A model generated the notes under the pieces. That model searched no databases. It was not told the DNA's origin and saw only the letters and a list, made by a program, of their open reading frames with translations. Shown in pieces: positions 45,802-61,993 of a DNA stretch of 64,000 bases. The stretch lies in NCBI GenBank assembly GCA_965644295.1, contig CBFFRP010000379.1, forward strand, positions 1 through 64,000. The letters are read 5' to 3'. A program made the translations under genes and the position numbers. Every line of letters starts with the position of its first letter. The stretch's first letter is position 1. This DNA is from Paraphysomonas bandaiensis. Its lineage: Eukaryota; Protista; Chrysophyceae.

Positions 45802-46453
45802 GTTAAGATACGGCGAGCAAACGGTCTAATAATTGAGCCCTCTTTCCTAACGATGAACAATATGCATATTTTCCTGCTGTCTACACGTGTATACGAGTAC
45901 GAAGTACACATACAGCTCCTGTTGGCTGATATTATCAATAAAATATCCATGTTTTCTAATTTCTATGATACGAAAAGCATAGAAAAGCATATATTCTATA
46001 TTCGTAGGACGTAGTACGAGTACTGTAGTATACCCTATACATATCTACTGTACACGTACAGTAGTATGTCATGGTAGTATGTAAAATACATCCATAATTC
46101 AATATAAAATTTTGCTTCCACTTGTGTGGAGATGAGACTGTTTTGGTGTTCAGTGCATCAGATACTGCTCTGTATTCCGGTCGGTATACCCAGCAGAGGT
46201 GTGGAGGAGAAGAGCGTCTGCACAGTATCTCATACCTAACAGAAGCCTGTGTCGTACGTACAATGTATATGAATAGGATGCAGTAGTGTAGGCCTACCCC
46301 ATACATACACATACATACACGTACAGCACACGTGATCTCTATCTTTATCTTAAGACAATTGATACATATGACATACACGGTCATTTAACACATTCACAGT
46401 CATTCACTCAGCACATATCACACAGTTCACTCCCCGACTACCTCTCAATGTAA

Positions 46454-48073
46454 ATGTGGCACCTGAGTATGCTGTTTACTGATTTGTTTGACAGGTCAGA
46501 TAAAGAGAACTCCAATGCGAAAAAGCAGCAGTCCTTCGGTCAGGCTACTACAATGTACATGGGCGCTGTGAAGGAAAAGGTTCCTGCCTCTGTCAAGCCG
46601 TATGTTGAGAAAGCTACACCAGTGCTTGCAAAGGTGTGATGTCTGCTGTATCGCCTGTACTAACAGGTCCGTAGATAGCAGATTTCATAGAGTTCAGCAT
46701 CCCGTTCCTTATCTTGGCTTACAATAAGGTGGTACCCCAGTTATCTTGCGGACTCACACCTTATATATATTGGCGTAGGTGATAGAATTCTACAAGAAGA
46801 TCGCACCGTATCATCCTGAGCTGTTGGCACCTGCTATCATGGGTCTTGTGATGTGTTTCTTTGGAGGTGGGGCACTATCTTGAACCTTTCCATACCGTCG
46901 TAGTTTATGCTCTAAATATCTTCGAGTGTCGTGACATATATTTAATACTGGTAATGTGTCGGTATGTAGGTTCCTACATGACTCTCATCGCCGCTGTAGA
47001 GGCGTATCGTATGACCGGATGGGAATCCACCGAGAAATGTATCAAGGATCTTTATCATGACTTTCAAGCCATTGCGGATGCTAACGCGAAGGTGATCAGA
47101 CATATTCTATACATACATATCAGTTTAAGTATCCATTTGCTAGGACGATGTTGCCGATGATGACGGCGATGGTGTACCAGATGTCCAACAGGTCTCCTCC
47201 AAGGAACTTCTCACTCGCAAGACCCTACTTTTCTTAAAGGTAACAACTACGTACCTTCGGATCGCTGGTCAACAGTTTATTTTGTAGACCGTGGATCCTC
47301 ACAGGTTCACAAATGCTGTTGCTGGACTTCAGAGTGGATTTCTCGCAGTCGTTGCCGCCCTCAAGGTGCAGTTCGCAAAGGTAGGGTGAACGCCTATACG
47401 AGTATATTATGAACCAAGCTTAATTTTCTGTGTGTATGCTGGGTAGGCTATTACCTTGGGCGCAGCTATTGCTGAGATTTTGGAAGTACCAGCTCTCCGC
47501 CACCTGAAACCACTCCTTGAGACTCTGCTCCCTCCTGAGTACAAGAAATGGGCTGGTCCACTCATTTGCTATACAATCAAGAGTACCTCTGTATCGATCG
47601 CGTGGACAGTACAGCGAGTCATATCTGCCTTTCACTCGGCTTTGGCGGGTGGTGTCATGGCTACTAGGTGTGTACTCTCGTGTATTAGTCGTGAGCTGTT
47701 TCGTATTCATTTTCTGTTTTTTTATAAATATATTTCACGACTGTTGTCACGATACGCTTTCTGTAGAAACATCATTGACTACCTTAATACTATGGAAATT
47801 ATGTCTCTGAAGCATGAAGACACATATATCGATGAAATTGCTGGATACGCCCTCTCAGCTATCGGGTTTTGGTTCCAGATTTCGAGTGGATTCAAGGTGT
47901 ATACATGGAATATGTTGTACAACATTGTTTGTAGATGATTGGATATATGTTTCCAATGTGAAATATAAATACTAATCTTGTTATGCATGCAGCTTCCATT
48001 TCTCTTGGGTTTAGTACTTTTCCCCTTTACCTTTGCGGAGTGGTTCCTGATGTATATGGTTAACCGTATGTAG
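46454..48073 (+). CDS. Uncharacterised multi-exon membrane protein
   Basis: Short coding exons separated by GT-AG introns, several hydrophobic segments, DDDGDGVPDV motif; start uncertain. Confidence 0.65.
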
Positions 48074-49057
48074 GAAGGCATCAATACACTTCTTCCAACT
48101 ACCGTGTTCATTCTTGTGGAATTTCAATCTGGAGTGAGGCGTGACACTTAGTTGGATTGATAGATGACTGATCGTGGCCAATCACCATGTTGCAATTGTT
48201 TTTGATTCATTCGGATGCTAATATTTTGCGATTTTGTAGTGAGTATACCAGTACACGAACTGCATTATTGAATACCTTTCGGGCACATTTATGACATTAA
48301 CATTTTCCCGAAGCTCAATACCATTAACAATAATAATAATTACTTGAGTTTATTCTCTATTTGTCATAAACAGTGGTTATGTGTTTACTGGTATATTATG
48401 TGTAATTTGCGTGTTGGTTTATGGAACGCAATGTACTATGGGCCGTCCAACTAAAGCTTCGAAATACAAACTGTGCGTGTAGTGTGAGCGTTTTATAAGA
48501 GGCTATCTGTAATCATGATGAATTGGACTTACAAGCTGTCCTCACACTTACACTATAACTTTGAACACGTTTATTTCCTGGATCTACATATAACATATAT
48601 AGGGCTGCACGTAGCCGGCAACGAATTTTTTCAGCATTGTACACCGAAAAATTATATACTCTAGAGTATGCTACTACTATCATCATTCACTACTGGCAGC
48701 CAGTGTCATTAGCAAGGGGATATCCCCGCATCAGAGTCGGACTCGCACGTTTTCGTGGTGTTCTGGGGGATAAGTACCGGAGAAACTTCTCCGGGAAACT
48801 AACGTGAGCCGCATAGTATATATAGTCAGCAGATATTGCTCTGCTCACTCATAGCCAAATGCCAAATACTTGTGTGGTACAAGGGACACTAATATAAGTG
48901 TCACTTGTGTAGTTGCCTTTTGACGAATAAAATGGCATCCGGGAATATGGGCCCACCTCAAGGGCATGTGGGGTATTGGGCTGACTGCTGAAGTCAAGCA
49001 TCTCAGCATCTGGACTCAAAATGCTGAAGTCAGCATATATCACGTACGTACATAACA

Positions 49058-50239
49058 AGGATATCTGATTATTACATGAGAACGGTTGTGTACAGAAACT
49101 AGTTTTACATCTCTAGACTAAAACTAATAACTGGACTTGCTATATACGACTAGTGGCGGGCAACCGTCTCGGGACTGCGTGTGCATCGCTGCGAGCACCA
49201 TGGTGCAACTGTCCCTTGTAGTGAGGTTAGTCGGGGGGTCTGCCTTTGGGAAGTGTGTCTGGCGGGCCTGTATCATGTGTTTTACGGGGGATGGGTGGGG
49301 CTAGAGGTATTATATGATGAGAGTATAAGTCGGTGATGGAGATGGTGCTGTTTGTCGAGGTGGGATTTCGGTCACAAAAGTAAGGAGGAGTTGTTTCCGG
49401 AGTGGTGGCGCTTGTCTCTGTCGGGTTCGGACTCTTGCAGAGGATAGAATTCTTGGGGTGGATGTCGCTTGAAGTAGTTGGAGTATTTTAGGTGTCGGGT
49501 GAGTATCCTGTGACTGGCGTTGCTGTGAGTGTGGTGGGGTCGTAATCGGTGTCTGTGTTGTGGTGTCAGAGTCCTCTGTTTCGAAGCATGCGGAGCCCTC
49601 CATCATATAGGGGATAGAGGATAGAGGTTACGGATTTTTCGAGGACGTGGAACTGATGTTCGGGCAGGGAGCTGGATATGTGGCGTCCAAATGCGTTGAC
49701 CAATTGTGTGGCAGTAATGTGGCTGGGGTGTGTGTGGATTCCATGCGGCTTTTGCTAGTTTGATTATGGCGGTGTGAAACCAGGGATGGGGGAGCGTGTG
49801 TGTGCGAAGTTTGTCGAGCTTGCTGTGGTGTGCTTGGTGAACATCTTCACGTATTTGAGTGAGGTCCGGGTATGTGCAGGTGAGAAGCATGTGCGCCATG
49901 TTGTCTATTGGGTGTGCACAGTCTGCGCATGCTGAGGCCGTTATATGTGATCATGCCCGGTTTTTCCTTTGGCTCGGTTTCTTCCCATCGCGTATGATTT
50001 GTCCCATACGTTCTTGCGTATATATACGTTCTGGTACGGAGATGGAGTATTTGGAGGAGTTATGGGTACGGAGAGGAAGGAGCTTGTGTGGGAGCCTTGT
50101 TCCGCTGCGTGTCCAATACTGCGGGTCTCGCTGCGTTTGTGCTTATCTCCGGTACTTATCCCCCAAAACACCACGAAAAGGTGCGAGTCCGACTTTGTTG
50201 AGGGACTCTATATATATATTATATTATATTGCTGCTCCT
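49058..50239 (-). mobile_element. Probable degenerate 5'-truncated non-LTR retrotransposon
   Basis: One end shared with the TSD-flanked copy at 38112; strand-skewed, broken P/H/T-rich frames; possible CATAACA duplication at 49051 and 50240; no RT motif seen. Confidence 0.45.
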
Positions 50240-50978
50240 CATAACATATACTATTTAAATAAGAATTACATAATAATATAAGGGTGGATTTAAAGTTAAT
50301 GTGTGATGTGGTGGGGAAATTATCCTGGACAGTTATAATATGTTTCATATACTATTATGATGTTGTAACTGTAAATTTGCTTTGAATGAAAAATCTAGTA
50401 AAGTTTTTCAGTGTCTGGATTATGGATCGTGTGTGTTGGAATATGATATTAACCTCCGAGACAGCAATTATTCAGGGCTGTCATAAGAGTCTATTCAGCA
50501 CCGTCAAGAAGCTTGATTCACCATTATCACAGACTTTTTCAATAATGCTCAGCTACATGCGAGCACAATTCGTCCAGGCTTTCAACTGACAAACTTGACT
50601 TATTTATTACTTTGAGAGGAGGTCAACTACATAATTTACAGTGGTGAGCCTTGTAAATAAATATCTTCATAATAGCAGTGCAATTGCAAATTGGAATAAG
50701 AAATTCCATTGTTAAAACTCATTCCTGAGTGAATGTATGACTGCAACATCACTTACGCTTTTAAAGAGTGGACGAGGGTTACACTTTCATAGAAGTGTAT
50801 ACAAACTAGTCTGAAAATTTTAATTTAAAATTGCTCTCTGAGAGGTAATTTAACAACGACATGGACTACATAAAACTATACATATTACTTATATATAATA
50901 TAGACTATATATGTATCGCTTATAGATATCTACAACCATTTTCGGCATGAGCTTTTGAAGTATTACATACAACTATTT

Positions 50979-53900
50979 TTATTTATTCGCATTGACTTTT
51001 CCTTTTCGCCAATTCGATGACGACGAACCTCCTCGATGATTGCTCTTGACCAATCCAGAGCTTCCAACTCGGCGAGCGGGTGTTACTAATTCCTCTTTAC
51101 TGTGAGCGAATGTGCACTTTTCATTAGCTCGGAAGGGACATTTGTCTCCGTTGCGACACATTATAGTCCGAAAGTTAGAAGGTGGTGTAGAAACTTGTTT
51201 TTTCAACGAAAAAGTATCTCCGGAGCTTGATGATGAGACTTCTGACACCTGTTGTTCTTCTTCGCCGAAGTCCATATCTTCTAGGGCCACTTCCGGGGGC
51301 CCAAACATATCAGATATTGCACTGCAGTACTTCACGTAGAACGGATCGTCCTTACAGAGGTACTGACATGCGATTTGTACACAGCGCATCAGTAACAATG
51401 GATACTTGGACTCAAAATACGAACAGAAATTACTCTCAGGCACAAGCAAAGGTTTCATTTCTTCTGGGACCTCTTCTACATGCCTCCTCTTATTTCTCAT
51501 CATACGCAAGCACTCAGAAGTAGACGAATAAACGTATTTTCCACGTGCATTAAGGTCTCCAAGTAACGCAGTGTCCAATACAGATGCCCAGCTCGACCCC
51601 ACAATGCCGTCACCATTGCAATCCTTCGCATTATCCACTATACGATGTAACATATCTGCACTCTTGTTCTTTATACTCTGCTGTACTCGCTGGGAAAAGT
51701 CATTTAGGAAGTCAAGCCGTTGTATAGGCGACCAGAAGTAAGGGTGTGCGCACACTTGCTGTGCCGATGGGCGCCGGTTGGGGTTCTCATGAATCATCCT
51801 GCTGAGCAAGTCATGTGCCTCAACACTATTCTTTAGAATATGTGACAAGTCGGAGCGTCCTTGAATGATATTGATCACACGCTCATGACACTCTCCATAG
51901 GGATGATGACCAGGGACCATGACAAAATGAAAAACGCACCCCAAACTAAATATATCTGACTTATATGGTTTCGCGTCAGCATCCTCGTCTGAGGAGCTAG
52001 GACATGCATCACTGTCTTTGCGACGGGAAAATAATTCTGGAGCTCCCCATCCAATTGTACCACCCAAATGAGCAGCACTACTACGATATGATGATGGCTT
52101 AGATATATCTGAGTAGACTGTGCTGGACGACGCATACTCGCCTCCAACCACTGCTTTACTCAGCCCCATATCACTAATCTTTAGATCAAAAGCACCAAGC
52201 ATGTCATCATTATCTGCCTCATCACAGACTTTAACACTATCTCCTTGCGGTAAGTACAAATCGGAGGCATTCTTCCTTCGCAAGAGTATATTATGAGGCT
52301 TGATATCCCTACATAATATTACAACTGTAACCACGGAGCTACGCTAAAACAATGTGTAAGATCAACCATGCAACTTACCTGTGTACGATACTTTTGGCAT
52401 GAAGATGGGCAACACCATTGGCAACCTGTTATACAGAAGTGCAAATAAGTGGGATAAATTCGATGCCGAGATGGCACACCTGCCATAATGCGTTTCTAAC
52501 ATCTTCTCGATTCGGAGAGTACATAACAACCTCCTCAGTCTGCTCCACTTCGTCCACATCGCGAGTAACATGACCATCAGCCGTTCCTCGAAAAGTACTT
52601 TTTTCCATTATATATTGCCTACAAAAATTTACTTAACACTTCAGAAAGAGTCATTGGGGCAATACAATTATACCAGAGACTCATGTCACACAGTTCCAGT
52701 ACCAACAAATGGAAGGCGCCATCTTGAAAGCTTTGGAAATATCGCACTACATTAGGGTGTCCATCCACCGCACTCAGCAATGACACTTCCCTATGCGAAC
52801 CACATGCGGTTACTACAACTTACAGAATTTCCCAGTGCCACAACACAACGAAAACACTTCGAGTATGGGTACCTATCTACTGCCCTTTGGAATCTCGACA
52901 GCATCCTCTTCACAGCAACATGTCTTTTTCCTTCAAGCACGCCTCTCAGTACAACCTACATTCATCAGTCAAGCTAACACTCAAAACTATTTGCTAGCGA
53001 CATACCGTTCCATTGGATCCAGTTCCCAATTCTTTGTCATGGTGTATCTCTAGACCACCCACTTTAGATCTAACACCTTGATCTGAAGGAGAGAGTGTAG
53101 CAGATTCTGTTCGAGTATCATGTATACTTGACAGGAGACTGGACACTCGCCTCAGAACAGCCAGAGCGTATTGTCTATGCAACACAAACATCGTCCCATA
53201 ACCGAGCATACATATTGCCGCTAGCATGCCAAACCCAGTGGTCACAGTGTACATCATGGATAATATCAACCACAGACATGCAAGTGCCAAGTGATTGAGT
53301 ATGGCAACTACCGGCTTATTCGAATTCGATGAAAACCCGAAAAGTTCTCTCGCCAAATCGTAAACAGATAAGTCTGCGGGAGTATCATCATGGCTCGGTG
53401 GAAGAGGCAGCATAAGATAACCCTTCCCTTCATTAGTCTGACGACGGTATCGGTCTCCTAACATGTGTACGCGCCTAGACATGTTGCCAATAGAATGGCC
53501 GTTAGAACGGCCCTTTTCTCGCTCGCCGTAAGACTTCGAAGTGTTCCCATCTGGATAAGCAACAGCACAGAATTCTTCGTTGTATAGGCACCGAGTCGAG
53601 TCTATCGTCACAGAATTGATAGGGCGAGAATCAAAACGTCCGATTTGCTTTTGTGAGCGCAGCTGCGACGGGTGTATATACATACCATACTCTCCACCCA
53701 ATGGCGTACGCTGAAAAAGAAGCATGTCACCTGTCAAGTCGTCTGTGCGGACATCAAGTGGGGGTGTAAAAAGCGATGCCAACGCCATAGACTCCTGAAT
53801 ACATCATACACGAGAGAACATGTGAATACACTACTCTGACCAACTCTACTCAAGCACGTACATTGCTTTCCCTGGTCTTTCTCGGTGTAGCTCTCACAAC

Positions 53901-55366
53901 CGCTACACTGTTGCGGGCTGTACCGTCGCTGTTTGGACAACGTTCCGCCTGTGATGTAGGCAAAGCGGTACCATACAAGATATCTAGGGTTTGAATGACA
54001 GATGGCAGAGAACAAGTGTTTTCTTCACTTTCTGAGCTCCGCATTCGCATTCCAACCTTGGAGGCCATATCGCCCCCATGTGTTGAAATGGGGTCGCTTG
54101 TTTGCGTACGGCTCACTGTCGTATTATGGGTTGTGTTGGGAGTATTGCTGTGTTGAATACGCTGGTCACCTGTGAGGAATAGTTTCGGGGTGACAGTGGG
54201 TTCTGGCATCTTAACACTAAATGCAAAGGTTGCGGGTGAGTCCAGCTGAAACGGAACTGAAACAAATCCTATGTATCTTATTACACACGTGGGGAAAAAC
54301 AGCAATTTTTAATTTGACTTACCATTTTTACTTGCAAACGCAACTTCTCCAGCAGGGGTACAAACAACTGAACTGTCTTTGTCACTCCGTGCATCAGAAG
54401 GATGTACAGTCCGTGTAGCATCAATCAGAGGAAAGAGTTCTCCATACGTAAGATTGAACTAATGCAGAAGTTAGGACAATAGGTTCAGAAAACAAAATAA
54501 AGACAAACCTCCTGCACTCCAGTGACGTCATCGTAGGCCTTAATAACATAATCGTTGCGGCCAATGACCAACGAATTCTCGGAACTATTTTTTCGCATCA
54601 TTTGATTCGCTCCAAATTCGGCAATTAACTCTCCTAAGAAAATTAGTTACACTTTACCAACTACAGGTGTGCTTCATTGTTGTACATTCAACGGTCAATT
54701 TATCTACTACATTCCATTCGCATATACCTGTACGCATATCGATTTCAAGAAGGCGAGATAGCTTTTCCCCAGTGTAATAAAGACCATCGTGAGTTCGAAA
54801 CGGCGTGTTCTCTGCCAGCACGCGAGCATGAATGGAAGTAGTTCGAAGCCCTGATTAAAATACAAAGTAGTGAGTGGATATAGCGATGTTGTGTGTGTTG
54901 GATGCAGCACATATGCAACCACAACTTTCCATAAGAGATATATAACAATCCAACACAATAATGCTGAGCCTAAACATTGTCAAGTAACATGAAGTACTTA
55001 AACACACCTCTGTTTCCACGGTACACTAGGGAACCGTCAAGAAGGGGAACTACTGAATAAGCTCGACGATTTACGCTACACTGTATACCCGTAAGAAATT
55101 ATTGTTAAGCAACTAGTGTCACAGCTTACTTCGTGGGATGAAATTAGGGGCCCTCCCGTGCTAAATGTCCACAATTTCTCATGAGTATTGCGATCAATAC
55201 CGTGTATAAGCCCCCCCACAGTTCCGATAACAGCAAAGGAGCTTCCCGAATATCCCAAACTGACGTTTTCATCAGGTTCAGTAAAGAGTCTAGTGACTGG
55301 AGTTTCTGACCAGCATTTGACTGCTAAAATCACAAAAAAAAGCAAAGAGGCCAATGAGCACATCAT
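50979..55366 (-). CDS. IRE1: IRE1 kinase/endoribonuclease, multi-exon, with C-terminal CCCH-like finger
   Basis: Signal peptide and luminal GTVGGLIHGID...LWTFSTGGPL; TM segment; LGTGSNGTV, RDIKPHNILL, KISDMGLSK, GTIGWGAPE, DIFSLGCVF; KEN domain HPYFW...LRMMRNKRRH. Confidence 0.92.
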
Positions 55367-55973
55367 GTTGTTATATGTACTCCTGCTGTGTGTGAAGTGG
55401 AGTGATGTTTACGCTGTGCAGCCCACTAATAGGATGATAACAGTGAATCATGCATTCCCTTCCATGATCACAGGGATCAATAGAAGATGAGAGTGGTCTG
55501 ATAGAAGAGGGTGGATAATGATAACTGGCTATAGTTAGATTATGTTGCTATGTACTCTACATGGGTGAGTAGATGGCGTTCTGTGTAGGTGATAGCCGGG
55601 TGCAGTATGGTATGTATGTATACACATATACAGCAGCAGCAGTATGTATCTAGATCTCCGTGTGGTAGGGTTTATATATACAGCATACAGCACACTTTCT
55701 TCTTGCTTCTTCTTCTTCAATTTTCTGTAGTCTGATCACTGTATTCTATACATGAGTTGGCTGTAGCCTGTAGCGTTGTATGGGTACACTATACCGTATA
55801 CATCTACAGCACTATCAGGTATGTTATATACACATACACACTGTACGTGTTTATTAACGTAAATATTACAGCCTCAATAAGTGGCTCTGCAGCAGTTATC
55901 TGACTATCCAGTGGGATTGGTCCGAATAAGTGGACTTATTTAACTATTCGTTAACTATTAGTTGACTTTAAGC

Positions 55974-58150
<2,177 letters not shown>

Positions 58151-60158
58151 TGCATAGTCTATCCCGGGGTTAACGGAGTTTTCTAGTCATTTATAGTGAT
58201 AATTCCAATGCATGAATTACAAAATTAAATAGCACTTTCATGGTATATGGTATATATGCATATATGTGTACATCTGGTAAGCTAGCAACATCATATGGCC
58301 ACGGCGAGAAATATATTCACTTGTCGGAGGAATATCGCTGGCGTCGTGCAACGTGGTTTCTATTAGAATATGGATCTTATTCTAGTATATTCAGTATGTC
58401 ACTTGAAGACAATGTACGAGAATACAGTGAAATATAGTGATGTACAAATGCTGTGATGATATTGAGAAACTGAAATAGTTTGATCTTTCAAGATATGTTC
58501 AGTAACGAGAGGTTCGCATATGTAGGATACTATGCAGGGATTATAATGAGTTAGTGTTGGTTATCACAACTTCGTGTAAACGATATTAATAAATCTATCT
58601 AGTCTTACGACAAATTCTCTCTGTGATCTAGCTTAAAATGAGCAATTTTCAATAGTTTCGTCAGTAAGCTTTCCCTTCGAATCCACTTTTCATAAAATAA
58701 CATATGGCCCGGGTTACACTCATTTGTGACGTATATGCTATACTAATACTAATCACATTTACATACAACACGTTTAACCCCTACTAGTGCACCTGATTTG
58801 AATCATGTTTACGATGTAAGCACGATGTGGCCAAAACACTACAAGAACTGGGTGCACGCTCCTAACCACCTAGACAGCATCAGATATGGTACTTAAACAC
58901 TCCTTTAATATTCTTGAAGTCGCTTCGAAGATAGATTGCTTGCACTGATATCATTATGATCTTCTACAGCAGACGAAGGATGGAACATAACTTGGAGTGT
59001 TTCATGATCAGCTTTATATAGTCGGCTTATGATTGTGGTTTCTCTCTAATTGTGTTATATAATAAAATCACATACATATGACAGTCAATATCATTATTAA
59101 GATAAAAGTAATTTCTGTTGAACCGAATATTGAATTTGAATGTCTATATTTGCCCGGTGCTGATATATTCAATTCAGGTCAAAAAAGCTCTTTTGAGACA
59201 GAATGGGGAAATATAGAATTTGAGATGCAAATAAGCACAACTACATTAGTGACAGGTATAGATTTACAGTGAAGTGTTAGTTTAGGGTTAGGGTCAAGAT
59301 TTACTACAATCTTGAAATCATTGCAGTGTATAGTTCATTGCTATGCATGGTACTGTATTATTCACGATAAGCTATTCGTTATACTTATTTAACGTTGAAG
59401 GGCTACATAGATGATAGTTCTATCGACAACATTATATACATATAGAGAGAAAATATTATTGATAAATTCTACTATAAGCTCTCATGGTACATGAGATACG
59501 TGTAAAGCTATATAGTGTATCGCATCACTTCGTCTCGTAATATTAGTATATGCTTCTCGTGTGTGTGATGACAGAGTTGTGTATGGATGAGAACTGTTTC
59601 GGTAGTGTGTGAGTGTTGCGTAAAATCACACTGTGCTGTTGCTCTCACAGATATCCAAACTCATTGTCTTAACACTCCATATATATAATCATCGAAGAGA
59701 AAGAGTCACATATCAGATGACACCGACTATGATCCATGCATATCCGATATCTAGATATGCTTATCTAGTAGATGTGGATGGTGCAGCGACTACCCTCGTA
59801 TCGGCATCCTTTGTGTATTTTTGTTCGAAGGTGGCTCTAATATTGAGACAATAATTATCTGTATTCCAGCCGTAGTTGTGCTTCAGTAATATAGAGAATA
59901 TTTACTTCAATTTATTCCCGAAAAATTAGATGCGGACTGCCGATACGCTGCACGATCATCCAGAGTGGACTACTGCTGCAGCCCAGCCTACCTCGACTGT
60001 CCAAAAAAAAACAGAACTGAAAACGTGCGTTTTAGACATGCTTTTGTTGCAGTTTTGCGAATATCATACTTTTATAGACCTCAAAAAGACACTTTTTATG
60101 AAATTTTTGATGATGAGTGACTGGCACAGTTGTGGTGTGGCTGTGTCTTTGAGGGTGT

Positions 60159-61162
60159 TTGTCCATCAGAACACAACTAACGAAACAACTGCATCGGTGT
60201 TTTATGCTGCACAGTGATGGAGATTACGAGGACATAAGTGGAGATGGTGGAGTCCTTAAGAAACGGTCCACTGATACCGGAAAATCTCATACTAAACCCA
60301 CAGATGGAGTAGAGGTGGGAATATTCTATGTGGGCACTCTACTCAACGGAAGGGAGTTCGATAGCAATCGTACTTTTGGTTCTGGTTACTCGAAACCTCT
60401 TAATTATGTTATTGGGTCCGGGAAAATGGTAGCAGGTGAGGTCAGTGTGGTGAATGTATCGTGTGACGTATCTCCCATCCGTCAGGAATGGACATTGCGT
60501 TAAAGTCTATGAACTTTGGTGAAGTTGCTCAGGTAGGAGACACTATATAGCAAGTGGTTGATGTGAGTGATAGTTGTGCTGCAGTTTCGGTTGAGATCTG
60601 ACTATGGATATGGTGACAAAGGAAGCCCGGGCAGAGGAACATCTCCCGATATTCCTCCGGGTGCAACCATTTGCTTTGAGTTGGAAGTAGTAGATTTGGT
60701 AAGAATTCATCGCTCTATTTTTTACAGCGCGTAGCTTGGACTATGTCAGCTAATATTGGACATGAGCAGGGTGAAGTTAAACCTTCAGCATCTGCGGTTA
60801 GAAAAGCGGAGGAGAAACAGCGATTAGCTGAGGTTAGTAGCGATATTTACCACGCTTGAGTCCTATTAAGTATATTTTGGTTCTGTATTCTAATTTGTAC
60901 CCAGATTACTGCGGCTCGTGAGCAAGCAGCATTGGAGCAACTGCAAGCAACCGCCTCCAAGAAGTCTCCAGCTGCCGTAAACACCCCGAAGAACTCTGAC
61001 GCAGTGGTGGTTGATCCAGAAACGCCAGTTGTGCAAGATACGAGATGGGCCAAGAGTCTAAAACCTAATGATCTTAAAGCTCAGTTAAAGCTTCGAAATC
61101 TAAGCACCCAAGGGTCGAAGAAGGAGCTCTTAGCAAGACTTTTGGATAATCTAGGCTGCTAG
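60159..61162 (+). CDS. FKBP-type PPIase with C-terminal SAP domain, multi-exon; start uncertain
   Basis: DISGDGGVLKK, YVGTLLNGREFDSN, YGYGDKGSP, IPPGATICFELEV; LKPNDLKAQLKLRNLSTQGSKKELLARL. Confidence 0.85.
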
Positions 61163-61545
61163 ATTAAGAAAATCTTTTATATAGGGTTTTCTAAGTATAT
61201 AGTAGTTTTGACTTTTGACTTAACTTTATCAACCTCTTCTAATGTAATATCATTATATTTTAAGACTTTGCAACTCCACGGTTATGATATATACTCCTAC
61301 ATCATATAGTGCTACGAATTATTATAAGGCATGAAGTACTAGAAATGAGAAAAACAGATCAGTAGAAGACTTACTGTGCTGGCTGCAGTCATCTGAACTA
61401 GACATGACCACACACAGTATTCAATTGATACGTTGAGTACAGACACATATCGCTGGACTACAGTTGTGTTCTGTTATACACATGTTGTTCCCTCAACAAA
61501 GTTAGCAAGTTTCAGGCATATCAACATTCTGCATGCTCACTGCAG

Positions 61546-61710
61546 AGGTGGTTGCACCTTGGTGCTTGCGGCGACGCATAAGCAGCTTCCGTAGCGTTAC
61601 ATAGTACATAGTAGGATAATAGAGTTTGTACTAGTTAGTTTGTGATTAGTTTTCATCTTGTTACTAAGCTGGTGCTGATTCTTAACACTATTGCTAATAA
61701 TAAGACGTTC
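61546..61710 (+). repeat. Solo arm of the MITE-like family
   Basis: GTGGTTGCACCTTGGTGCTTGCGG...CGTAGCGTTA...CTATTGCTAATA. Confidence 0.7.
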
Positions 61711-61993
61711 AATATATTTCCCTCGTGATAAACTTTAACGCCATTACACACAAGAACATCACGAGTTTACTTTCATTTTACTAGCAATTCTCACGTTTTA
61801 TTTCTGTAATATTTCGAACTATAAAATCAAGGTATCGTACCTGGCTCCTGTTTCGACATATTACTCTATAGACAAGACATATATGCATATAACATGTATG
61901 TGCAAAATCACTACAACAATAACGTGAGTGAAATGACCATGTTCACCACATGTTACGCACAAAATCACTGATAAATAAATAACTGTAGTAAAA

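Noticed and set aside
59277-59294. Telomere-like TTAGGG repeats (similar short match in the TIR near 11201-11222)
   Set aside because: Only about two units; not enough to call an interstitial telomere
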